From assembly GCA_001949185.1 (NCBI GenBank), contig BDGG01000022.1:235569-299568 (forward strand): 64,000 nt of DNA, read 5' to 3'. This stretch comes from Ramazzottius varieornatus. Taxonomy: Eukaryota > Animalia > Tardigrada. Of this stretch, positions 11,737-23,826 are shown piece by piece (within the stretch, counting starts at the first letter, position 1; each line of letters begins with the position of its first letter). Under the pieces are notes generated by a model. That model saw only the letters and a list, made by a program, of their open reading frames with translations, had not been told where the DNA came from and made no database searches. The position numbers and the translations under genes were made by a program.

Positions 11737-14700
11737 TATCCCTCTCTCGATAGATGTTCTGTTGCCTTTCATAATTCTCCATCCCGGTAGTGCAAAGCCC
11801 AGCTTGCACGAACGCCCCACAATCTGGCATTTTAATTTTTTATCGAGCTCCTGTGACTGACGTATGAGTGTAGTACTGACAGTGTCGGCAGAAGCAGATC
11901 TTTATGATCGGCAAGAGTGATAAATTGTTAAATCGGATAACCAGTCATAACTTGATCAAACTTGAAAGCGGTTGGGTCGAGGCGGAGAGCCAGGGAAAAT
12001 GACGGAACTTGGATCAGTTCATATTAAAGAGTTCTTGCTTGAGTGGGTCTCCATTGCAGTTTGTGAATTTGGTGGTGCTGCGGGGGGGGGGGAATGACAG
12101 AGAGACCACAGTGAAGGGGAAAAGTCCGGCACTCACACAGGGGTGAGGTCGACCCTCCATGATTCCCTAAGCGGTGGCAGGTCGACTGCTGCCATTCTAC
12201 AGTACGAGTAGGAGTAGGGGTATGGGTATGGGGAGTCTTTTCTCTAACTAGGGACAGACCGGCCTGCGCAGTTGACCATGATGGGAGATATCATTGCTCT
12301 GCTAGTCGCTGTCTCGTCTCTCTTCTGTCAGCTACAAGAGCAGATGGATATTAAAGGACAGGAAGCAACAGGACAAAGGGTCAAGTCCTCATGCAGGCAG
12401 CTTACTCTGCCGCCCCTCCATCCTACCAGCCAGAGGACAGAAGGCGTCCCACTGCTCACTGTCCACTACTTACACATCATCAGTCCGAGTATAGTGCCTA
12501 CTGGGCCATTACTCACACAAGTGCAATGCTGCCACACTACCTCCTCCATCATCCTTTACGCTCTGGCCCAGCTTCGCTCCGGTGTTCTTCACAAGATCAA
12601 GAACGGGCTGCACAACTGCTATCCAAAAGACCTATTCAACAGAGATGCCAATAAAATAACCACAAATGACTATCTTACTCTACAAGTAAAGCCCCCCCCC
12701 CCAGCAAGGACCATCGTCTGCGCACGGCAAGTCTGGCTCACCCAGCCGTCAAAAGAAAAACTACTCATTGTAAGGGAGAGCAAACACAATTGCAGTTGAA
12801 CCATGGAGAATGTTGAGGCAGTCTTGACAAGATGTACGTCGTGGTTCCTTGGGGGCAGACTTTTTCCCCTAGAAATGCACAAGAGTGATTATTGCAGAAC
12901 TTGGCAAAGAATTGACTCACCGACTGCATAATAAATCCATGTGTAATGTGTCAGCCAAAGGACTTCTTCGAGTGATTGGGTTCAAGGCCAAACAGGTGGA
13001 TGGGCGGCGGGTGCGGGTCCGCAGGTCCTTTGGACTCCAGCAGAGGTCCGACGATGGGTGGATAGAGTCAGTAGGGCTTTATGTTTAGGTTCAAGTCATC
13101 AAAGATGACTGTGATATGGCCACCAATGGATGGCATTTCACAACCACTTTGACGGACTAAACATCACACATCATCACTGCCATCAAGTATGCTAGCTCCC
13201 ACTTTCGCTCCCAGGTCGCTGTTGTCAACGGAGGGTTGGTGAGGGGAAAGAGCACGAGTTGCGAGAGCGGGCATTTTCATCCCCCCTCCAAAAGATAGAG
13301 AGAGAGACTACAGCATCTCACTACCCATGTCTTTCACCCCACATTTCCCTCCTGATATAATACCCAAACAATCATCATCAACTATTCCTCCGTTCGCGCC
13401 ACAAGAATCCACCGTGAGATATTCCATCACTGGCCCACTGGTCAGCCTGGCACACAACGGATCGACACGAGGCTTCGTCAACTTCCATCTTAGTGATTTC
13501 CTGGCCTTCCCTCCTTCCTTATACCTCGGGCACAACGGAAGGCGCCACCAAAGGCCTGCAAGGCAGAAAGAGATTAAAGTATTATAGTCCGGACAACGCA
13601 ATGGAATGACCATTGACCACTGCTCTTGCCTGCCACACAGCTTCCTCGGCTGCAATGAGAAAGCGCGCAATAGGCGTGACGTAAGCTCTTTCCATGCCGA
13701 GCGGCATTGGACAATGCGGTGGCCAAGAACCAATCAAAACACCGCCATTCAACCCTACAACCAATCAAGAATCAGCAATATGCCCTATTTTCATCAACGC
13801 ACAGTACCTGCTTCATCTCGGTAAGATGACCGCTGGTCAAGTGAAACTCATCCATCGGGACACTAATGACAAGAAAGCCCAGCAATCTTCTCTTTAGACG
13901 CCGCACCGGAAACCCGGATGATATTGAGACCGGAAGAGCAGTACCATAAAAACACTAACACAGCAGCCGATTGGCCTTGGACCGCAAATCGTTTAACTTT
14001 ACCCAGAGAAGCCCATAAGGGCTACCCGATGATTAGGGAAAGATGGTCCTCCGGGCCCAAGTTGAACTCGACCAGCAAGAATGATCCGGGTTCTCAAAGA
14101 TGGAAAAAAGGTCCGAAAAACCATATAAACGCGCTAGCGCTCCGCTATCTGCTAATAATTATTATTTCTTTAATTCATTTTTGCCACTTGCGAAACCGCT
14201 TAGTGACTCGGTTCACCAGGCGGTACTTCTTGATTGGCGCAACCAAAGTTTCCTTCCTATTGGACAAGTTGTTTTATGACTCATCTCAGGACAGACTATC
14301 GTCATCATTGACGTCAGCGACCTGCCTATGGAATCGGATGGAGTGCGCGAGCGGGCCGAGCGTTTGGCCTAGCTGACGTTCTGCCGGGCCGACGTGTCGA
14401 AGAGAAACTTCCTGAATCTTGACAGCTTTTGTCTGGAAACCACCGAAAACGACGAAGTTTCCGACAACAGCAACGACATTAACCTATTTTCGGAGACTCG
14501 AGTTTTATCGCGAACGAGCAAAGGTTGGAGGTGAGGAGTAAGCTGTAAGACGACGCTAGACCAACCATTACCGCCCACTTCTGACGGAAGAAACGTGACA
14601 AGAAGGAGCTCTGACGGGAAGACAAACGGAGGTATGGAGATTGGAGTAGCTAGTATCCCCTGTTGTTCCTTTGTAAACTGTTTCCCGCGGCCCGCGGGTA

Positions 14701-15293
14701 GGAATCGGTACTTGAACACCGGCGACCGAGCAGACCGGAAATGGTTCCCGCATGGTATTCTGAAGGACAACTGGCCGCCGAAAGACTGGCGAAGAGTTTG
14801 GCCAAAACAGCGTACAGAGAACCAGTGCAGCAGCAAACCATCATATTTTGATGGTGCAGATTACATTACGTGCAGGTGGCGTAACCAAACGATAAATAAA
14901 AAAATGCTCTGGAAGAAGCGTGTCAGGCTGCTGCATGGGCAATCCCTCAGATTCCAATAACAGGCTAAACATGGATAAATAGTAAAAAACCAACCCTGCC
15001 GAAAACGTCAACAGTGGCAGCGCAGCAGGAGCGTATGAAACGCAGCTCGATGTGCTCATCATAATTATCTAACAATTAACCGCTAATTTACCGTCAAATA
15101 TATTAAGTTCAATAAGGTATTTAGTAATTCCTGCTTGGGCTGCCATTAGAGTGATGTCGCTACTAAGGCTGTACAAGGAGAAGGCGATGTCTTCTAGTCA
15201 TGCACAAATCTTTTCTCAGCTATCCTGCCGTCATCCGGTCTTTTCTTTATGGGCAATGGTCTTCGATGAATACTCTGGCGTGTCCCCCGATTT

Positions 15294-16896
15294 CTAATGT
15301 CGCTGTTCGTTCAGTTTACATTGCACCTGTAATGAAATGACAAGACTGTTCCTCAAGCTGCCCCCTAACAAATACTGCTTATGAGGCCCTCGTATACAGC
15401 TTACGAGCTTTTCTCCCATCTTGACACGACCCAGTCTCAAAAGACAATCCACATCCTTTTCGCTGGCCAAGTCCAAGTAGGCATATCCTCTCTCTGCCCG
15501 CATCCGAATATCCCGAACCTGCAAAGATAACCGTCGACTGGATGGTGACATCCCTCCCTTGGCCAAACTGAGCACAAAAGCGGTTGAGTGAGAAAGCCAG
15601 TGGAGAAACCGTACCAAAAACTTCCAGTGGAGACTAGGCACTGCTTTCGTACTTACCGTCACTTTGCCTGCCAGGTCGGCCCGGACTTGTTCTTCAGTGT
15701 AGAAGGAGGGTATGCCTCCCAGAAAGATCTGGAAGCGTTCCCAGGGCTTTGGTCCATTCTTCTCCGAAGGATCTTTGGGCTAAGGTACGAAGAACAATAC
15801 CGTCAACAACTTTCACCCCCACAAGGCGGGAACCCCATTAAACTTCCGGCTCTGGCAAGTGTGATGATAGGAAGGACTTACGCGAAAGGGACGACAGCTA
15901 ACTGGTCGCCCATCAATCATATGGGTCTCCTGCGGGTTAGCCAAGACTTTTCTGGCCGTTTCCACGGACTTGAACTCGACCGAGCCTACTCCTCGCGAGA
16001 CGCCATCACTGAAGCGGATAATCTTGACATCGACCACCGGCCCAAACTTGCTGAAGTAGCGGGCGATCGACTGCGAATCCGAACTGCGGGCCAGATTCAG
16101 CAGGAAGACTTTTCTGCCCAATAGAAATAGACACACGAATATAAATTCGATTATTTGATGGGATTATGGAAAGTGGCGCATGTCGTCATGGACTAAACAT
16201 AGAGTGGCAAGGCACCACAACGGTGTCATCGGGGTGGCGCGCGCGCTTACGTTGGGACAATCCGTTGGGTCGATTCAGAGCTGGAACCATCGTCCGATAT
16301 TCGACTATCCTTCTCGTCCTCCTCACCCTCACCGTCTTCTTCGCTGAGCTGTCCTGGAGGTTGTGAGGCTTGTGTGGAGGGAAAGCTGGCCTTCTTGCCC
16401 ACCGTCTGCCATTCTTGCGAGGGGAGGATAGGTCGAGGAGGAGGCGCTGACGGTGCTAAGAAGGTTCGTGGTCCCGTAAATCCGCCGGCCGCAGGGACTG
16501 TTGGTCGATCCTGCTTACCATAAGGCTGGTCGTTAGGTGCTAATGGTCGGCTGGTAATAGTGTCAATGGGAGATGAGGCAGGTCTGCTGGGGCCGTTAAG
16601 CATGACATTCATAACTTCAGCTGCCTTGGGCATTATATGTCGTTCCAAATTGCTTATGATGGTCCCCACATCCAACGCCTTCTTCTTCTACAACCAGACA
16701 CAAAACAAAAGCCATGAACAGCGTCCGACCAGCATAGATGGCTACTTACCAGGTACTCGTAGATGATGGTAGCCGTGCTTGTGTCGTGGTTGAACACTGC
16801 CTTCTGCAGCACGCTTTCTACTTTCTCCTTCCAGTTCTCATAGTCGCTTTCCGCGCCAGCCATCACTTCCTTCGCCTTCGCAGGTAGCTCCTCCAT
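15294..16896 (-). CDS. RNA-binding protein: N-terminal PWI-like helical domain, Pro-rich linker, two RRMs
   Basis: RRM1: KVFLLNL ... FSKFGPVVDVKII ... SRGVGSVEF. RRM2: QIFLGGI ... RGYAYLDL. Exons joined by GT-AG introns; last exon VQCKLNEQRH*. Confidence 0.8.
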
Positions 16897-17520
16897 CTCA
16901 ATCTCCTCTACCTACCACACTATCTCTTCACAAATAGATTCTCTACTAGCACAAGTGCACAACGTATTAACTTCCGTCTGGACAAATCGGTGTATAAACT
17001 ATAACTGGTATAGCATATACGTCGTACGCGACGGCAGTTCATATATATAGTTTATATATGACCTATAGCTGCCGTCCTTTATTACATATCACATATCGCA
17101 CATAGACTGACAGTCTGACAACACTGTACATAATAAATAGATGGTATAACAGTCACAGCAACTAACACAGTGGGTTCCCAATGGAGGAACCTAAGCGGAG
17201 AAAACTAAAATCCTAAACACCGTGACTTTATAGCAAGACCGCAACGACATCGAACGATTACATATATGTAAATTTAATAGCTGCCGACAATCAAAATAAC
17301 GTATAGCGGGAGCACTCCGGTCGGGCGAACCAAGTCAGCGTGAAAGTGTGGTTTTCCATAAGTAGCATTCTTTAAATGCCCCGATTGACATCAGTGTATT
17401 GAATTACCGGTTAACAACAGCCTTTTACCATGGGCAGTTTAACGTATCATGTGGCCGAGATCACTTGGTGAAAAACTGAAGGAAGAAAGATGTCGATATA
17501 CACAGACATTGTCCATCTCA

Positions 17521-20500
17521 TCAGCGAGCATCGTCATGACCAAGGACAGAAAGACTATCTGCCAAGGAATACTCGGGCGGAAATGACAAATCTGGCTGGA
17601 GGGAGGTTCTTCGTGAGATGTCGGGACTATCGATGGAGGGGAAGGCGTGGCTGATGCGACGATCTCTTGCAGCTGCAGCAGAGTTGTTCAAAGTGACTTG
17701 GGCATTGACGATGCCATTGGGTCTCCACTTGCGGCTGGCTCCGTCGGCCTCCTCCACCTCACCATTGGCCAAAATGCTGTCCTGGCTCGAAGGGTCGCCA
17801 ACATGACTAGTCTCGGTCGGAACATTTTCCCATTCCCCCACTTGATAGGCAACGATAGTGGCATGGTCCAGTTTTCCAGGCAGAAGAGACAGTCGCTCGC
17901 AAGCCTTTCGCCGTTGATGGCGCTGGGCGTTCTTGCTTTGCTTTTGACCGTCTCTTACTGGTAAAAAGATGATTATCACTACTTATTAGTCAGGCAAGAG
18001 GTGCGGAGGGATGTTGTCTGTACCTGCGGGGTAGATGTCAGGATCTTCCAAGATGTGCCGTTTGGCCGAGGTCAGCTGGACAGCAAAGTTGAGGAAGCAT
18101 TCACACAACTGGCGCGCGTTGCTGCAGGGCTTGTCCACCAGCGGGGTGATACCATGACGGATCAAGTCCTCCATCCGCAGTAAGGTCAGCTCGTGGCGCT
18201 GCATGGCCGTCACTCGCGGCAGCGACAAGGAAGCACCCACCTCATGCTCCTCGAAACGACCTATCATGGCATTTTCCAGTCAACATTTTGCAGACGAGGC
18301 AGTGTTAGCCCATAGCCCAGACAAAGTGATCTACCTTTCTTATCCTGATGCTCGAAAGGCGGCTGAAGATCGCCTCCGTTTCCGTTAGCATGGGCTTTGC
18401 TTAGTAAGTCTTTGATAGCGGTAGAATCGTCGCCTTCCGCCACACAAAACTTGCCGATGACAGGGTCAAAATTGTCAGAGATACCTGTTAATGCAGAAGG
18501 ATGGAAGGGATGGTCAGCAGCGGTATAGAGGGTTAAATAGTCCAAGTATGACAGCATTGTACCGTCGGTGGTGAGAAAGACCAGGTCGTCAGTCTCGACA
18601 ATTGTCATGGAGCAAGTATAATTTGATAGTTCCGGCCGAACATCATCGACTGGTCCCAAGGCACCTGTTGATGCAAAAGGGACAAATGCAAATGAAGTAT
18701 AATTGGCCACCTAAGCAGCCAGCGACGTACCCATGGCGTCCCGCATGTCACGCATCGAGTTGACATTGTGAGAACCTGGTCAAAATCCACTAAGAGCCTG
18801 ATGGATATTAACAATATGTACCAGGTAAGAGGGAGTAGAGGGTAGGGTTGTACCTTTGGTGATCTCCCTGACACCAAACTTGCGATTAAAGACATAGGCC
18901 AAGCTGTCGCCAACGTTGACGCAGGCACAGACATAACGCTTGGCATCTTGCAGTGGACAGATGACGGCCATACAGAGGGTGGACAGCGCCCCGTGCTCCT
19001 GCAGGATCAGGTTGTGGGCAGCATGGACAGCTTGCAGTAAGACGCCAAACAGATCCTGCAACATCAGCCTGGCAGGGGACATTTACCGTCGTCAAGTCAG
19101 AGGTAGGACGTACCTTGGTCGAGCGAAGACGAGTATTGTTGTGGAGAAAGAGGTCTTTCCACTGGGCATTTAGACAGTCGATGGCACCGCGCACCGCACA
19201 CTGCGCCGCTAAACGCGCCGCCGATCCCCAGTTCACTCCGTCTACAATGGAAAATATACCATGACCGCCATACTGGCTAAACGGCTTCATTTGGACCTCG
19301 GACAAGTGCAAGATATATACCATAGCAGCATACCTGCGACGCACAAGACGGCGTTATTCTCTCGTGCCACGATGGCGAAGACATCGGCGGTAGGACTGCC
19401 TGTACCATGTGAAGACATCTGCTTAATTGCAACCACGGAGCACACTTGGGCACCATACTATCAACAATGAAGATGCTGCTTACTTACCGGCAACTTCGGA
19501 GGTCAGAGGGTTGGTTTCGTATAAGGTTGTAGAGAGGCCAAAAGCCCGATCGTGGCCAACACTCCAAGGCAGGCTGGTTTCCATGCTGAAGGGGAAATCT
19601 TCCAATAACTGCTGATGGAGAGAGCGCCGTGCTGTGCAACAAAGACAAAACAGTCCATATCATAAATAAGACTGTAGTGTTGTAAAGACTAGTCTGGGTT
19701 TGGCAGTACATTTTGAAACTTTGGGCCTCTGTCGGGTTCTGGGTCGCGGATTGACAGCGGGAGCGGCGGAAGCTGCCGTGGCCATGGAGGTGGTTGTTTT
19801 ACTGGTAGAGGAAGAGTAGCTTTGGGCAAGGACATCTGTCCCCTGGATGTTCTCCTTGTCAGCATGTCCGTCTACCTCGACAGGATGAGGGGCTCTTAAT
19901 GGTAAGGAAGCAGCCATGGCGGACGAGGAAGGAGGGAGGATAAGGGGAGGTTGGGCGCCTTTACTTGCTGCTTCCAAAGGAGCGTCCACTGTTCCCTCAT
20001 CACTTTCATCCTCTTCCAAGAGTTCCTCAATCTGAGCTCGTGGTGCTGTGCCGATGTGGGTCATGGAGACGACGCTGCCCGACTTGGAAAGGCCCCGTTG
20101 CTGGCTGACGATGAGACTGTACCGCTCCGACGACTCCGCAAGTGGCCAGGGCTCCCTGCCACTGCTCTTGCTGTCGTTATAGATTAAGGACAGAAACTCC
20201 TGTTGAGGTAGATAACACTGCTTTCCACTTTTGGCAAAAAGTGCGGCCCGTAGCATGGCTGGCAAGTGCTGGCTGGGGGCCGACTCGGCGCTCTCGTCTT
20301 CTTCCTCAATGTCCGCGTAGATGCGACGAGAACCCAGGTAGGAGACGTGGGAGACACCTTCGTCCGGGCCGGTACAGCACACCTGCAGATGGTCATCTAG
20401 TTGAGCCAGCAGGTGAACGACCAAAGACTCGCCTGTTCGATCGCAATACACAGCCGGATGGATCCGCTGAATTTCTCTGTAAGCACAGCTAGTACACAAT

Positions 20501-20920
20501 ACACAATTATTATGCCTTAAAGATTACGACCATGTATAGTCACGTATATAGGCCTTAATTGGCTTAACAAGTTGCCATTCCGTCATATTATCTGTAAAGC
20601 GATCATGCAGTACGGTGATCCTTTACTCGTTGTTGGGGGGACATGACAGGGAAGGCATCTACAGAAGGAAGAACTCACCCGTTGAGGTATTTGTAGATGA
20701 AGTTGCCCGAGTCTTGGTTGTCATCGCCGTCTCCATGTCCATTTGCCTGGGCTGATGCAGCGACGGGAAGCGTTGCCTGCTCCTGGCTGACGGTGGTGGT
20801 GCAGAGTGTCCGTCGGAGGACGTCGTGACGCTTGTGATGGCCTGGCTGCTGCTGCTGCTCGATGGCGGGGTTAGATAAGTTACGCATCAACTTGTGCAGA
20901 TTCTTCTTGACTGACGGCAT
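17521..20920 (-). CDS. PP2C-like domain protein (Drosophila CG9801-like)
   Basis: Start MPSVKKNLHKLMRNLS. Motifs VDGVNWG, LSTLCMAVICP, CVNVGDSLAYV, DMRDAMG|ALGPVD, PELSNYTCS and FLTTDG|ISDNFDP; C-terminal PGKLDHATIVAYQVG. Confidence 0.88.
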
Positions 20921-21661
20921 CCTGACTGGTAGTTATAGCCTACGGTAAGTCCTTCGTCGACAAGCTTTTTGCTCGGGCTCTTCTTTCAAATCAACGACAG
21001 TAGATGTATCCACATGTCAATGGCAGACTGCCCCATGTTCCCTCATGTCGATCCTCACCAAGCTCAACCTGTAACAACAAAGACATCCATATTTCCCCCC
21101 ACGAGCAGGAGCCCAACAACGCAACCTAAGTGACTTCGGCTACTTGAGGGTTGGATAACATTAACATTATGCAACATGCATGCTTTTCTTGTGAGGCGAT
21201 GATGCGGTATAGCAAATTTACTGCCTATAACTTGTAGCTGCATAAGTAAATTATGCCGATTCAGCAAAAGAAGCTAGTATGGTACCTACTATGTTTTTCC
21301 AGCGTATATTTCGGGCATATACAACAAGCTTAGACCGTAGCTCGTCACAGAATAATATCCCATGTACCCCTTTGCAATATGAGCCAGGGTTGGAATATTG
21401 CTCCACAACATACAGTCCTCATAGCTCATCAATCAGCAAATCTCGTTCACTGAAGATACCTATGATAAGGCTTGCTAAACCCAAAGATGATTCCCAAGAA
21501 GCAATGAAAGTTATGTAGGATATACTCGAGGGCTCCTCGTATCCTCCTCGTCCGTCAGAAATTCAGAATTACTGTATGTTGCGTTACTGCAGCACTAACT
21601 TAGCAGCATGGATCACAGCCATGGTGCTGGACAGCTAGGGGGCGCGCAGGGCAGTTTGATA

Positions 21662-21776
21662 CTGTATACTCTCCCGAAATTCACGTACGTCACTGACTCT
21701 CAAATCATTGGGGTCTTACCGTCTAGTTATACACTCTGAATGGAGTGACGTACATGAATTTCGGGAGAGCATACAG
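21662..21776. mobile_element. TA-flanked MITE, 115 bp
   Basis: 33-bp near-perfect TIRs ctgtatactctcccgaaattcacgtacgtcact / agtgacgtacatgaatttcgggagagcatacag, with TA on both sides. Confidence 0.88.
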
Positions 21777-21778
21777 TA

Positions 21779-23133
21779 CCGTATTATTCGTTTTAGCCGT
21801 TCTTAGCCGTTGCGGAAGGCCATACATTAGGCGGGTTTTGTTAGACGATCAAAGGCTTTAAAGCTGAAGTTGTTGCTGATGACTTTGGTGAGCTTTAGAA
21901 ATTTCGGTGATTTCAAGTCTTTGTGTCAACCCCTGACTGCTCGAACCTGGTTAGAGAACCTCAGTGGGTCCGCTTATTTTGAACTTGAAACGTACGGTAC
22001 GCAGTATATGGAGACTACGGACCATCGACTTTTAGAATATTTGAGAAAGTCCATGCCCATCCATTGACCCTTACGGGATCGAATATCAGGTTACAACGGA
22101 GAAATAGCGACTGCCAACGACAGTGAAATTGATGGCGCGCTACTCAAGCTGGTTATGTGGGCATGTTCTGTGGAGCTGCCAGAAGTGCCAAATTTAGTGG
22201 AGCATCGATCGCTAGTTAAAATCGGCGTACCGGCGCTATGATTGCTGTGCTCCACTTTCGCTCAGCATGCATACGGCCAACTATCATGCATCCCTTGCGG
22301 ATGTGTCACTGTTGACGCATCGATCGTTCATCCGCATTCCGGAAGATCCCACAGACACTTACAATGCACCGCAGAGTATAAAACCGCGGTATAGAAGGCT
22401 CGACGAAGCTGAAATAAGCTGTTTTAGCCGTAGCCAAAAATATTTTAGCTGCGGCTANNNNNNNNNNNNNNNNNNNNNNNNNNNNNNNNNNNNNNNNNNN
22501 NNNNNNNNNNNNNNNNNCCTTCTATAAACCCGCGTGGGATTTTGCTTGCGGAACCATACTGTGGGCTCGCAGAAATTTGCTGCACGTACGGCACGCGGTT
22601 ATTTCCGTGATTTTTTCTTGCGGTACATGCTGCAAACGCTGTTCCGTATGCTGCACGGACGGCATACGGCAACGAAAATTTTGTTATAACGGCAATTTTT
22701 TCTTTGAATTGAGATGTCTTAGGAAACAGCAAACCATCAAGCTTTTTCGACCGAGAAAGATGGTAAATGGCCAAACAATATCGGTGAAAATTTCACCACA
22801 GTCATTGAAACAGCGTTTCTGAAGGAGTGCTTGAAGCCTAGGATGCTAAAAATCAAAAGGGAATTCCGTCTCTGGCTTACAGCACACGAAAACACACGTC
22901 ACATGACCGACCTCAGCTTATTCGGTGAATTCCGAGAGAGAAACACCCGACAAAACAGGCAATCAGTCACAAACTTCATGCGGCCAGCTACGGCGCCTGC
23001 GGCGCGGACGGACACCATCCCACAATTTTACGGCGCGTACTGCACGACAGTTTTTCTCCCAATTTTCCTTGCGGTTGCGTACGGCTGTGCCGCATTGCTG
23101 CCGTATGGTTTCGGAATGCTACGCGGTTTTATG
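21779..23133. repeat. Cluster of probable MITE fragments around an assembly gap
   Basis: Begins TA|ccgtatt with ttagccgt repeats that recur at ~22420-22457. N gap at 22458-22517. Imperfect inverted ends ataaacccgcgt...cggaaccatac / gtatggtttcgg...acgcggttttat at ~22524-23133. Confidence 0.5.
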
Positions 23134-23826
23134 CTCTGATGCACCGTAAGGTTCAGCAAAACATGTCCAGAAAACCATGACACAGCGCAGCAGGCGCGCA
23201 TCAAGGTTCCTTTCTGTTTATTGAACGCATTTGGCATTTTATTTGCGTTTGCTGTGAATGGCCATCGTATTGTCTGGTACCACCTGAAGTACCTATCGGT
23301 GTCTAACTGTTGGTGGAAAGCCTCGTAGCCGGCTTCCTGCCAAACGAGTTTCTGCACCAGAAGCCAAATAATCCGCCGATGATGAATTCACCTGCTAAAC
23401 AGCAGCAATTTCATTGCCATTTTTTTGTCTACTCGTACTCCAGTTGATCACCAATAAGATAGGCGTGAAATGGATTGTCCTTCAATGGCGCCTTCTAGAC
23501 GAGTCTTGTAGAAATGCAGGATGATACCTACAGAACAGCAGCCCAACGCAGCCATCAATCAATCCAACTAACGATAACATAATCAACGTCAAACAGAACA
23601 GTAAAAAGTCCAACAAAGGCTACAAGGCGCAACATTACGTATGAGCATGGACAGTAACGGTCAAAGCTATCAGGGTAAACAAGACAAGAGCTGAACAAGG
23701 CAAGTGGCGCGGCAGCGGAAGTGACGTTGTCGCTGCTGGTAAACGCGCCAGTGTGATATTGTGGGAAATTGACCCCCGCGAGTATTGTCCGTCTTCAGAG
23801 AGCAATAGGGGAGTATGAGAGCAGTC

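Noticed and set aside
21631-21646. CTCF-like motif cagctagggggcgc at the edge of the ZP block
   Set aside because: A single imperfect match next to MITEs, with no partner site or supporting evidence.
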